A DNA stretch of 64,000 nucleotides from Squalus acanthias (GCA_030390025.1 CM059432.1:136712001-136776000), one strand, 5' to 3'. Shown: positions 35,295 through 47,024, counted from the first letter of the stretch. Translations and numbers: made by a program. The notes: a model not told the origin generated them from the letters alone.

Positions 35295-35620
35295 AGGGTT
35301 AAATTATAAGGACAGGTTTCATAGACTAGGTTTGTATTCCCTTGAGTATAGAAGATTAAGGGATGATCTAATTGAGGTTTTTAAGATGATTAAAAGAGTT
35401 GATGCCAGGAAGCACTTCTTCACACAAAGGGTAGTGGAAATCTGCGACTCTCTCTCCCAAAAAGCTGTTGAGGCTGGGGGTCAGTAGAAAATTTCAAAAC
35501 TGGGATTGATAGATTTTTGTTAGGCTAGGGTACAGAACCAAGATGGGTAGATGGAGTTAAGATACAGATCGGCCATGTTCTAATTGAACAGGCTGAATGG
35601 CCTCCTCCTGTTCCTATAAC
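35295..35620 (+). mobile_element. CR1 3' fragment
   Basis: LGLYSLEYRRLRDDLIEVFKMIK ... FFTQRVVEI, then tail. Confidence 0.8.
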
Positions 35621-36353
35621 CTCAGCATTGCTGTGAAGTGGTCTCCATTTTGCAGCGACACTGAGATTGCAGTATAACTCCAAAGTTGGCTCCTGATCGG
35701 ACTCCTGAGAGAAGCAACGTGAAACCTTGCAGTGTGTGAAGTACAACCCTAATGCAATAGCAATCATAGCTTGTGAAGTTACACTTGCCCATTCTTGATT
35801 TAAGTTTTAGGACATTGCAGGCCATTCTGCCCTCATTCTCAAAATATTTAAAATTGAACAGATGGGCTGGGGAGCTCCCTACGGTCCCTGTAAGCATACA
35901 GACACGGAACTCTCCCCCCTGTTGCAGAATTCCAATTGGAGCCAGGCAATACAAATTGGATACAACTTGGTTGCAACTGATACTGCAACTATCATTTTCA
36001 AACTGGTAACTGGGAGCATTAATATACCTTTAAACTCAACTGGAGATGGCCTGATCTGGATTAGGATTCCTATGTGAGTCACGTTAACAGCAAATAAACC
36101 AGGCCTCCGCTTTCAACTCATCGGCAGTGGCAATGGAGCTGTATAAATGGCCATAGAAAGCTGTGAAGAACCAGAAAATAAGTTAGAGCTTGAAGCACTT
36201 CCTGAAATAGAGATTGAAAATCAATGATGATAATAATAATATTGATAATGGACTCTCCTGGTCCAGGGAATTGAGGATTGTTAGCCTTAAGCCTATCCTC
36301 AATTCTCCATTGTAGTACAGATGGCCCTCTATCATCACATGGACAAAAACCAT

Positions 36354-37204
36354 GGGGGCGATTTTGCCAGCCCTGGGGAGGTGGATATGGAGGCGGGACT
36401 GCCGGGAAAATGGCAGAATTTGTGGGCGGGTGCCCAACCCACCCCCAACCCGCCTCCATGCCATCTTCCCAGGAGGCGGGTAGCCGTCCCGCGCCGGGTT
36501 CCGTCTCCTTGGAGGCGGGAAGGGATTAAAGCCTATTAATTGCTTGTTAACAGGTAGTTAACAGGCAGAAAATAGGATTATCCGCTTTTTGTCCTCACAA
36601 GTGCGGGCTTCCCGAAGGTTCCAAAACCCGCCAGGTCAGCGAGGCGAGTACTGGGTCTGCGGGGGTCAGGGGGGGACGGGGTGCATAAGTGTGGTGTGAA
36701 GGTAAGTGATGGGTGCAAGAGTGTAGAGGTGAGTATCTGAGGTAAGTGCAAAGTGTTTTTAAAAGTTTACTTACCTTTGTTTCTTCCTGCAGGCTTCAAT
36801 CGGTGTGTATGCGGAGAGTCTCGGACCTCCGTGTTGCAGATGACAGATGGCCGTTGCATTTTCAGATGCAACAACCATCTCATTTCTGTAAAAGAAAGAG
36901 GTTTGATGAGTCTTGAATGCGAGACCTCATCAAACTGCAGAGAATGTCAGTGTTTGACAGCTTCACAGAGCTGTCAAACGATGACAATTCATCTGTCAAA
37001 AACTTTTGACAGATGAAACATCATACGTTGACGTTCTCTGCAACCGGCTTTCCCTTAATTGGCCTGCTAAGCCTGCTGGGTGGGCTTAACAAGGTCAATC
37101 AAGGGAAAATAGCGTGGTTTAGCCACAAATCGATGGAGGCGGGACATCAACCCGACAAGCAGCAGTCCCGCCTCCAACACGCCCCCATTAACAAAATCGC
37201 CCCC
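36354..37204. mobile_element. Non-autonomous Harbinger-type element
   Basis: Perfect 13-bp TIR GGGGGCGATTTTG...CAAAATCGCCCCC, exact CAT TSD; shares internal blocks with 34541. Confidence 0.85.
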
Positions 37205-37593
37205 CATAGCTCACCAACATTTGGGATCCAGTTTATGTAACACTAATTGATGCAGACAGGATATTGCAGGTTTTTTGTAAATACCACAGATGTAAATTGA
37301 AGGATAATTGTACTGTTTGTTTAACTAATTGTTTTGATGGTATGGCTGTTGGAACAGTGGGCTGAGCTTTGCATATTGACTTAAATTAGGATGTCACTGG
37401 GTATCCATTGAAGGTGTAAAGTAAGAAGAGAGAATAGAGAGGCTGTCAAGAGAACATAACTATTAGCCAGGAAATATCTTATGGGCATTGACGAATATTT
37501 TGAGAAAGGGTCACTAGGAATTTCAGGGAAGGTGAGAATGTGTACTGATTCTGTTGCTGGGGGAACAGTTACATAGTGATGTAGTACCAGTAG

Positions 37594-37819
37594 TCATGAT
37601 GCGGAGATGCCGGTGTTGGACTGGGGTGGACAAAAATGAGAAGTCGCACAACACCAGGTTATAGTCCAACAGATTTATTTAAAATTACAAGCTTTCGGAG
37701 CTGGCGCCCCTTTGTCAGGTAAAGGTACCTTTACCTGACGAAGGGGCGACAGCTCCGAAAGCTTGTAATTTTAAATAAATCTGTTGGACTATAACCTGGT
37801 GTTGTGCGACTTCTCATTT
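37594..37819. mobile_element. Penelope-like retroelement insertion: inverted pseudo-LTR pair with a short tail extension
   Basis: 12-bp direct repeat TAGTACCAGTAG at 37582-37593 and 37820-37831; palindrome 37633-37820 centred on GGTACC; unpaired ~39-bp extension on the left; hammerhead motifs. Confidence 0.85.
37731..37768 (+). ncRNA. Minimal type I hammerhead ribozyme (Penelope-associated)
   Basis: UUAC-CUGACGA-A-GGGGC(GACA)GCUCC-GAAA-GC-UU-GUAA: stem I UUAC/GUAA, conserved CUGAnGA and GAAA, 5-bp stem II, palindromic AGCU stem III. The mirror copy on minus (37685-37722) has CUGACAA. Confidence 0.75.
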
Positions 37820-38788
37820 TAGTACCAGTAGGGTAGCTGTTACATCAGACGTTTGAGCATATACAACAAGAGCTTGCAATTTTTATTCTATCTAATAACA
37901 TTACAACTCCTTAAATACTAATGTATTTAGCAAAAGGTGTATGAATATACAAAGGTTTTCTCATATCATTTCTCCACTAGTTATGTCATTTTATTTTGAA
38001 TCACCTTACAATTGTCATTCAAATATTTGCTACTGGCAACCTATTGGGAAAAAAAAACTAAAGTTATTCAATTGTTCAGGTTGTTGCAAGAAAGCTTATT
38101 GAAAGCCTATGTTCCTGATTTTCATCGCTCCACTAATGGCGGCCATGCCTTCTGTTGCCTAGGACCTAAAATGTGGAATTCCCTCCCTAAATCTCTCCTC
38201 CTCTCTAACCCTCTCTTTCCTCCTTTAAGATGCTCCTTAAAACCTACCTCTTTGACCAAGTTTTTGGTCACCTGTCCTAGGGGGAAAAAATCGTCCCCTT
38301 AGCACCACCCGTTAGCGCCAGCAGATGGCGCTAACAGGGTGCTAGAGCATTATCGCCAGGGCGAGGCGAAACCAGCACCGCATGCCAAATCCCACCCCCC
38401 TCATAGTGCCGCCAGTAACAGTTATCGCTGGGAGCCTCAACGCCAGGTGGATCGTGACGTCAGTGAGTGTGCAACGCTCACTGAGCGCCCGATCTGCAAA
38501 ATTGATTGTCGCCATCTACCTTAGCGCCTGGACTAAACAGCGAAACGGAGAGCTGGTGTGAAGCAGCAGGAAGCCAGCTCCAGGGACGTTATTTTAAGGG
38601 ATCATCAGTAATGTGTCGCAGCTCATGAGCCAGGTTAGTGGAGTTTCAGTGGTTTCTTGTCAGTTTCACATAGTCCAACAGATTAATTCAGTAATTTCAA
38701 GGGTATTTTGTATGAGGAGTGTTGTGGCAACTAAAAAGTAGCTACATTTATTCTTAAAAAAATCAAACTGCTACACTTGGTTACATTA

Positions 38789-40009
38789 ATGGGGGCTGTA
38801 CTGGCAGTCGACCTCGCCCTCCAGGATCTATGGCGGAGGGAGCAGAGGCAGTGAGAAAGATTGGAACATGTGCCTAGAGAGAGGAGGAGAAGGGCCTTCA
38901 GGGCTCTCAACAGGAGGCCTTACCCTCCGAGGGTATTCCGAGAGCAATTCTCCTACCACCAATTAAGCGAGGAGCAGTGTATTAGAAGGCTCTGCTTCAG
39001 CAAGGAGGTGGTCACAGAACTCTGCCACCTCCTGCAACCAGACCTTCAGCCTCAGATCAGGACGACCACGGCGCTCTCCGTGGCAGTCAAGGTCACCGTC
39101 GCCCTCAATTTCTTCGCCAGCGGATCCTTCCAGTCTGCAAGAGGAGATATAGCTAAGATCTCGCAGTTCGCCGTCCATCACTGCATTTGGAGGTCACAGA
39201 GGTTCTCTACAGTAGGAGAAGGGACTACATTTCCTTCGCCATCACCAGAGAGAAGCAGGACGAGCGTGCATGTGACTTTGCCAGGATAGCGGGATTCCCC
39301 ATGGTGCAGGGCGCCATTGACTGCACCCACGTGGCTTTGCGGGCACCGCATAACAATCCTGAGATCTTCCATAACCGCAAAGGCTAGCACTCACTTAATG
39401 TCCAGTTGGTGTGCGACCAGAGACAGCGAATCCTCAATGTGAATGCCCGCTATCCTGGCAGCAGCCACGATGCCTTCATCCTGCACCAGACCGGTGTGCC
39501 AGCACTCTTCCAACCACCACATCAAGCTTGCGGCTGGCTGGTCGGAGACAAGGACTATCCGCTCTCTGCTCTCCACCTGGCTCATGACTTCCCTCCGCAA
39601 CCCCAACACTCCTGTCCAGCACTCATATAATGACAGCCATGCTGCCACCAGGAACATCATCGAGCAGACCATCGGCCTGCTGAAGCAACGGTTCCGCTGC
39701 CTTGACCGCTCAGGAGGAGCCCTCCAGTACTCGGCTGAGCGGGTGTCCCATTTCGTGGTGGTCTGCTGCATGCTCCACAACTTGGCCATCATGAGGGCTC
39801 AACCATTGCCACCAGGGATTGCGGGACCACCTCAGGAGGAGGAAGAGGGAGAGGAGGAGGAAGAGGAGAAAGAGGAGGAAGAGGAAGATGAGGAGGATGG
39901 CGAGGAGGACGAGGAGGAGGAGGAACAGGAGCGAGGAAGGTGGCAGTCACTCAATCGGCCTTCCGGAACGGCGGTCCGTGACCGCCTCATCAGACTGCAG
40001 TTCGAATGA
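38789..40009 (+). pseudogene. Harbinger (HARBI1-like) DDE transposase, disrupted
   Basis: Across three frames: VALNFFASGSFQ (HTH), GFPMVQGAIDCTHV (D), NRKG*HSLNVQLVCD, YPGSSHDAFIL, GDKDYP (D), HAATRNIIEQTIGLLKQRFRCL (E), CCMLHN, acidic tail. Lesions: TGA at 38852, frameshift ~39187, TAG at 39385, frameshift ~39562. Confidence 0.92.
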
Positions 40010-40046
40010 ATTAAACCCCAGATCCCCGTTGCTCACCACATCCCCA

Positions 40047-41515
40047 TCATTCCATCCCTGTCGCATCAAGCTGAGACTGCATGAGAGCAGTCTGAGATTG
40101 GGTGCCACCAAGTATAGACTGCATTACAGCACTAAGACGTTGCGTCACTTCTGCCTGTGCTGCAATGGAAGCTGCCAGATCACCCATCACACGTGGCATC
40201 AGATCTGAGTCGCCACGGTCTCTCTGGGAGTCTACCATCCTCTGCCGCCTGGAAATGATGGGCTCCATGGTGTGCACAGAACCTTGTGCAATGTTGGAGG
40301 TGGACTCCTCCACGCTCCTTACCATTGCTGAGAGGCTTTCGGGCACCGTTGCCATTGCACCTATCATCACCGTGTGCATGTCCATCACCCTTCTTCTAAA
40401 GGCCTCCCCATCGAGGTCCTCATCTGAGTCCTGTGCAGCAGAACTCACGCATGAACTCGCCCTCCGGGGAGCTGGCCCCCGAGCTACCCTTTCCCCCTCG
40501 CCTTGCTGCAGCCCACTCATCCCCGATGCCTCACCCTGTGAAGATCCCGCTACTATACTAGCCTCTAAAGTAAACGTAGAGCCAGTCTCTGAGCTGGTAC
40601 CTGCGGGTGAGACATGCAGTGACGCGGTGTGTTCTTCCTCCTCCTCTTCTCCCGCCTCGCTCTCTACGGTGCCCTCAGGGACAGGCTGCTCAGGTGCTTG
40701 CTCATTATCTGAAAGCATAAAGGCACAAGAGTCGGGTTAAGGTGAGGGGAGGGGGGCAGGAAGGGAGAAAGGCATGTATACAGCATGATTAGCTGGGAAA
40801 GTGCGAAACGCTTGTGGGGTGAGGGGGAAGTGGGATGTGAGAAGAAGGAGTAGGGATGAACATACTGTTGTTGTCCCCAAGAGGGTCAACGTCACCAGTG
40901 GCCACGGCATCCACCACCTGGTGCCCAATAATCTGCAGCACTCTATTCTCCAGCTCAGACAGTGGTTTGGTTTCGGCTTGTCCCCCGCCTGTGTGCTCCT
41001 GTCCCCTCCTGTTGTGAGCCACCTTGGCCTGCAAGAGAAAGGAAAGTGTGTGAGTGATTGTGGAGCAATGTGTTTGGGTGATGTGCCTCCCATAGTTGAA
41101 TAGCTGTCATTGTGTGCAAGGTGTGAGATGTGGGTGTGAGTGTTGGTAGGTAGAGATTGTTGGTGGGTGAGTGCTGGGGATGTGGTGCTTTGGGCCGTGT
41201 GTGAAGATTGTGATACAGATGGTGGTATGTAGCATTTGTTGAAGTATTCACTCACCCTGACCACCCGAGTGAGGTCATTAAATTTCTTCCTGCACTGTGT
41301 GTGGGTCCTGGGGACCACAGTGCTGCCCGAGACATGCCGCGCTACCTCCTCCACATGGTGCAGAAGACTTGCGGCAAGGGCCTCCTGCCACCTGCCGGGT
41401 AGAGCACCGCCCTCCATCTCTCCACAGCGAACACCATCGCCTCCAATGCTTGATCGCAGAATCTGCGGGCTCTCTTCCTGGGGCGTGGACCTGCCATGAG
41501 TACCGCTGCTTCCAT
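40047..41515 (-). pseudogene. Harbinger Myb/SANT-like DNA-binding protein, 3 exons (41515-41256, 41028-40866, 40708-40047)
   Basis: RKRARRFCDQALEAMV..V...RAVLYP...W(fs)EEVARHVS.....RTHTQCRKKFNDL; AKVAHNRRGQEHTGGG...LSELENRVLQII; acidic Ser-rich exon 3. GT-AG introns with consistent phases 0 and 1; one frameshift at ~41348. Confidence 0.85.
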
Positions 41516-43683
41516 CCTGTGGCTCCTTCTCCTTGTCCTGCTTCTGCTTGCTGAGGCAGCTGCACAGCCAGCAATGCTGAGAATGAGGTTCTGCAGCATC
41601 AATGAATGTCCCCTTTAAGTACTGAAAAAAGCCTGTGGCAATCATGACTTGCGATTAGACTGCACCCGATATTGGTCCACCCTTTGATTGTAACGCCAAT
41701 GAGCTTGGGCTTTAAGACTTGAATTAGGACTCCAATCATTTTTTTGAGCAGTGAGCACAAATTTTGCGTGCAGTCTAAAGCATTAGCGCCTGGTGCTAAT
41801 TCTCCAACTTTTCTACTGACACCGCCCATTCCTGGGCTATAATGAATTTCTAGCCCTACTAATATCTCCTTATGTGGCTCAGTGTCAAATTGTGTTTGAT
41901 AACGCTCCTGTGAAGCACCTTGGGAATGTTTTTACTACATTAAAGGCGCTATATAAATGCAAGTTGTTGTTGTTGAACCTATAATGTATCTGCCCTAAGG
42001 TCATGAGGCTCAGTTGTGGTACCCGTCTGGTTTTCGTTCCATCGAAAACAATGGAACGGAAATTGGGTAAGTTCTATAAAGGGTGGGCAACCTGCTCCAC
42101 CAGGTACCATTTAGGGGGTGACGTTGAAAATGACCCCCACTGTGAATACAGAATTACTACCCCAGAGAGAGAGGGTACCATTGTTACTCACCATGAATAA
42201 AGAAATACTGCCCAAAGAGTGATCAGCACACTATACAGCACGGAGAAAAAATAATGACTGCCCCAAAGAGTGAGGATAATACGACAATACAGTGTAAGCC
42301 AGAGTTGCTACCTCAGGACAAGAGGGTAATACTGTAACAATATGAATACTAACAGTGCAGAACACAGAAATTACCCTAAATGTTTATAGGAACACCGTAC
42401 CTCACAGTGTGTACAAAGGGTGTACACTGGAAATACTGCCCTGAAGTTCTAATGCAGCAAATGCAGTGTCTACAAGAAATGGCTAATTTAAGAGGAGAAA
42501 ACTGCCCAATTTTAAATGCAACGGCAGAGTGAATTAAACCTAAATGTACACAAGATTTGTGTGTAACTGCTTTATATATATATCTCTATTTTTGATGGAA
42601 GGATTTATCATAAGTTTCTATGCCTTGAAGAGGGACCAGTTTGGTTCACAAACTCCATAATTGAATACAACCCTTGCTGGCTCCAGCTCTTTTATTGAAT
42701 GCGTACTATCCCCCGATACAAATTTTTCCACAGATCGGCTTTCTTTGTTGCAATTATCATTATTACAACTAATAATATCAGACATTAGCACTAAAAGGGC
42801 AAACCAGATTTAAAAAAAAAAGACATTTTAAATATTTAATGATCTGGCAATACCACATCATATATTTTATTTAATTGCTTTTGACTCATAACAATAGGAA
42901 AGTACTGGGCTGTGGCAGAACAGTACTGGTATGAACAACAGGCAATGTATCTATTATCTCAACATCCATGAAGGTCAGCGACCTATGACAGTCGGAGTAG
43001 CAGAAACATTAGAAAATCATGTGCAATTTAATCTTTACACAAATAAAGGAAAGTATCGCATTGTCTGAATAATGAAGAGTCTGGCAGTGAGAAAGAAAGT
43101 CTGCCCCAGAGGATATTCTTCATCTTCTTCGCTGAACTGTTCCAATACGTTTCCGCTATGAGATTCACTCACTCTGCTGACACAACTATTAATAGCATTT
43201 TGGGTCTGAGAGTACAGATGTACTAAAGTGATTGCAAAAAAAGTACAGCTGCAACTTGGCTCTTCTTTCACTTGTTCATTATTACTGCTAGGGTGTCAGC
43301 TCACGAAGTGCTATTGTGCTTGGAATGAACTGTCAGGGTAACAAAAAAAAATTAACCGTTTGCTCGCCACTCCTGAGTTAAAATCGGAGGCCGTGAGTGA
43401 GCCTTTCATCCTGAGCTTGTTTGTGCGAGTGCTGCACTCAGTGTGATTTCTGTTTTCAGACAAGGGCCCGTGTTAACATTATTTAATTTTCCGAGTCATT
43501 TTTTCATATTCCCATCCCTCCCGCCCCCCACCCCAGGTTGTCTCGCCTGCGTTCCTGAAATTGCCGACGTATTCCACTCGAGAAGCTCTGGCAATCGCGT
43601 CGACACCTTATCGAACAGGCCACAATTCATCAGGTTCGTTTTAGGAGCCTGTTCAGCCAGCAAAGAGGCTCGTCAGCACCGAT

Positions 43684-44032
43684 AAAAGAAAGAACTTGCA
43701 TTTCTATAGCGCCTTTCACGACCTCAGGACGTCCCAAAGCGCTTTACAGCCAATGAAGTATTTTTGAAGTGTAGTCACTGTTGTAATGTAGGAAACACGG
43801 CAGCCACTTTGCGCACAGCAAGCTCCCGCAAACAGCAATGAGATGATAACCAGGTAATCTGTTTTTTTTTAGTGATGTTGGTTGAGGAATAAATATTGAC
43901 CAGGACACCGGGGAAAAACTCCGCTGCTCTTCTTCAAAATAGTGCTGTGGGATCTTCTACATCCACCTGAGAGGACAGACGGGGCCTCGGTTTAACATCT
44001 CATCTGAAAGACGGCACCTCCGACTGTGTAGC
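43684..44032 (-). mobile_element. Deu-domain SINE, 5'-truncated
   Basis: Reverse complement of 22575-22920. Confidence 0.85.
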
Positions 44033-44299
44033 GCCACCCAAATTGGGGAGTTGGGTGCCTGCTGGCTACAATTTTCCGACCATTAAATATGTGCTTCGGA
44101 TGGGCAAGGCTCCCTGCTGGCAGTGTGAACTGGTAAAGTGACCCGATATGCGAGAGCCTTATACAGTCGAGGGCCATGTTTATGAATCGCGGGCATTCTA
44201 TTTAATGGGCAGAAGATCTGGCAGTATGCCAGTGATTTCCTGATATGCTTAGCCAAGGCTCCCCACCAGCGGCCTGCGCTCATCAAATTGGCCCGTAAG

Positions 44300-44812
44300 T
44301 GCATGTAGAAGAGGTCCCAGCGGAGCCTGATCCTATCCTCACCCAATGTCTGTATACTTTATCATGGTGTCATTAGTTAGTGATCAGGAGTGGAGCTCTG
44401 GCCGATGCTCTCCTCCTCTTAGTTAGGGAGATGCTGAGGCAGACCTCCAAATGCTGTGCTCAGCCAAGATCAGCTAACTTCTCAGAGGAACTTCATTACC
44501 CAGAGAGTGGTGAGAATGTGGAACTCGCCACCACAAGGAGTGGTTGAGGCAAATAGCATTGCTACATTTCAGGGGAAGCTAGGTAAGTATATGAGGGAGA
44601 AAGGAATAGCAGGATATGCTGCTAGGGCTAGATGAAGTAGGGTGGGAGGAGACTCGTGTGGAGCATAAACACCGGCATGGACCAGTTGGGCCGAACGGCC
44701 TGTTTCTGTGCTGTACATTCTATGTAATTCAGCACAGATCAGGGATCAAGCATGTTCCCTTCCAGTCCGTATGGCTTAGCTCAACACTGGCAGTGCATTT
44801 ACCGATTAAATC
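44300..44812 (-). mobile_element. AmnSINE2-like tRNA SINE split by a CR1 tail (44482-44728, plus)
   Basis: Minus strand: GGTAAATGCACTGCCAGTGTTGAGCTAAGCCATACGGAC...GATCCCTGATCTGTGCTGA|AGTTAGCTGATCTTGGC. Related fragments at ~56200-56280, ~32290-32600 and ~6700-6900. Family name from recalled consensus. Confidence 0.5.
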
Positions 44813-45144
44813 ATCAGCTTTTTTTCGGTTATTTTTAATGTTTAGCATCTAGTTGAATTCTTAAGCCCCAAAATTGTGATATAACCAGTTTCAGGGCTTT
44901 AGTGGAGTACAATTCTTTCCAAAAAAACTTTGTCCAAACAGACTTTCCAAAAGCTAACTTTTTGTTTAGATTACCAGGTGAACTCTAAAAATCCGATGTG
45001 TTCCGCAGCCCTTCCTCCCCCAAATACTGTTCAATCCTGATTGATTGAATCAAGGTGAGAAGGCATATTGTACTTTGTCGTACTACCTCTCTTCTGTGTT
45101 GACAAAATGACTCTCTTGAGACTGGTTGGGACGATAAGAAAATA

Positions 45145-45300
45145 CACTTTCCTTTCACCTCTGGGACGTGGGTTTAAATCCACCTCAAGCCAATGGGAAG
45201 AAAGTCTTTTTCTACTGACTGATGTGAAATGATTTGGAGTAGTCTTGAGCAAGTTCCTAGAACGGAACTGCTCATATTTCGGTGCTAACTAATACTAAGT
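45145..45300 (+). mobile_element. LF-SINE-like fragment
   Basis: CCTTTCACCTCT...GGTTTAAATCC...ATGTGAAATGA...AGTTCCTAG; parallels 47465-47590. Confidence 0.45.
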
Positions 45301-45309
45301 AGTATTCAC

Positions 45310-45700
45310 ACTGCCTCTCCCCACTGCTGCTGAGACCCTCGTTCATGCCTTTATCGCCTCAAAGCTCGACTTCTTAATTGCTTTCCCTGCCAGTCTTTCT
45401 GCCTCCATTCTCCACAAATTGCAACTAGTCCAGAACACTACGGCTGGTGTTTGCTCCCACACAAAGCCCCACAAACACATCGCACTGGGCCCACTGTCTT
45501 TCCTGTGCCACAATTGGGTAGACTGCAAGAACTTTGCCATGTTCAAATCCCTCCATGGTCCTATTCCACCTTACTCATGTGATTGCCTCGTCCTGTGTGT
45601 CCCCTGTTCCTCAGACACCAGTCAGCTTCTTGTCCCTTGCTCTCGCCACTCCATCGTTGTTGGCTGTTCTTTCCAGCCACTATGTCCACGCTTCAAGTCT
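45310..45700 (+). mobile_element. Degraded L2 ORF2 C-terminal fragment (probably continues at 46055-46155)
   Basis: AETLVHAFIASKLDF...LHKLQLVQNTTAGV. Confidence 0.65.
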
Positions 45701-45789
45701 TCTACCTAAGGAGATCTGGCCAGTAAGCGGAGTCAGTCACTATACCTCTTAAGTGGTACAGCGGTAGAATTGGCAAAAGAACCGGAAGC

Positions 45790-46052
45790 GAGAGGAGGAG
45801 AATTTTTTTTAACGCAGCGATTTGTTGTGATCTGGAATGCGCCGCCTGAAAGGGCGGTGGAAGCAGATTCAATAGTAACTTTCAAAAGGAAATTGGATAC
45901 ATACTTGAAGGGGAAAGATTTGTAGCGCTATGGGAAAAGGGCAGGGGAGTGGAACTTATTGGATAGCTCTTTCAAAGAGCCGGCACAGACATAATGAGCC
46001 GAATGGTCTCCTCTGTGCTGCCTCATTCCAAGATTCTATGATCTATGATTCT
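45790..46052 (+). mobile_element. CR1 3' end fragment
   Basis: FF.QRFVVIWNAPPE...FKRKLD, then (ATTCTATG) tail. Confidence 0.8.
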
Positions 46053-46278
46053 CTGAAACTCCCTTATAAATCCCTCTGCCTCGTCTCCTCCCTCTCAGTT
46101 TCCAAACACCTCCTTGAAACACTTTGCTTCCACCATGCTTTCGCTTCCCTTCGCTAACCCCTGTTTTCCTCCTTTTTCTCTGCTGTATTTAAGCATTTTA
46201 ACACAGCGAGGGAGAGGCGATAAGTTCCAAAAATGCTCAGTTCAATATATTCTTTGGAATAAAGCTGGCTCCTCTTAA

Positions 46279-46610
46279 GAAAGAAAGAACTTGTATTTAT
46301 ATAACGCCTTTCACAACCTTAAGAAGCGCCAAAGCGCTTTACAGCCAATGTGAAGTGCTTTGGGAGTGTAGTCACTGTTGTAATGTAGGAAACGCAGCAG
46401 CCAATTTGTGCACAGCAAGCTCCCACAAACAGCAATGTGATAATGACCAGATAATCTGTTTTGGTGATGTTGGTTGAGGGATATATGTTGGCCGGGACAC
46501 CGGGGAGAACTCCCTTGCTCTTCTTCAAAATAGTGCCATGGGTTCTTTTGCATCCATCCCTCAGTACTGCACTGAAGTATCAGCCTGGATTATGTGCTCA
46601 AGTCTCGAAA
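46279..46610 (-). mobile_element. Deu-domain SINE with an internal deletion
   Basis: Reverse complement of the 22454 SINE. Confidence 0.8.
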
Positions 46611-47024
46611 GTTTGCGAGACTAAACTTTTGCCAACACTGAGTTGCCGTGCATGGGCCTGTTGAGTTGGCACTGACTTTCTCTGCTACTGTGCTGCTCTC
46701 CTTGCAGGCCAGCATTGCTGAGTGCCAAATAATGCCTCCTCCTCTGCCTGGAGACCAGTCAATGAGGACTCCTGTTCTTCATTACTTCATTCTAAAGTAC
46801 TTCCTAAAATAAATCCAATTTGAGAAATAAATGACTCCTGATTTCCTATAGTTACTCATAATGATCTAACTGTGCATTCCTTTACCCTTATACCTGTCAA
46901 TCAAACATGTGAGTCTGAGAGCTAGTTTTGCTCAGCAAGTGGTTGACTTAGCTAAAGTAGATAATAAACTTCACATTCCAATAACTCCATAATAAAGAGA
47001 ACTTTGGATTGTAGCTGTTTATTA

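Larger units (their letters stand above)
38280..41856 (+). mobile_element. PIF/Harbinger DNA transposon, near full length, mutated
   Basis: Imperfect TIRs GGGGGAAAAAATC / (rc) GGGCTAGAAATTC; CTA duplicated at the flanks (2 extra bases on the right); convergent transposase and Myb/SANT-like genes. Confidence 0.92.
38110..41974 (+). mobile_element. L2 3' end fragment split by the Harbinger insertion (38110-38279 and 41859-41974)
   Basis: Joining ...GGTCACCTGTCCTA to (CTA)ATATCTCCTTATGTGGCTC... restores the sequence of the other L2 copies. Confidence 0.85.

Noticed and set aside
37633..37820. miRNA precursor or assembly fold-back artefact
   Set aside because: The flanking 12-bp TSD, arm mismatches and hammerhead/Penelope architecture fit a real retroelement insertion better.
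38789..40009. Host HARBI1 gene
   Set aside because: Has TIRs, an adjacent Myb partner, disabling mutations, and interrupts an L2 copy, so it is a transposon copy rather than the domesticated gene.
43035..43271. Protein-like 78-aa ORF (…EQFSEEDEEYPLG…)
   Set aside because: No family match that I recognise and no convincing donor site; expected by chance.
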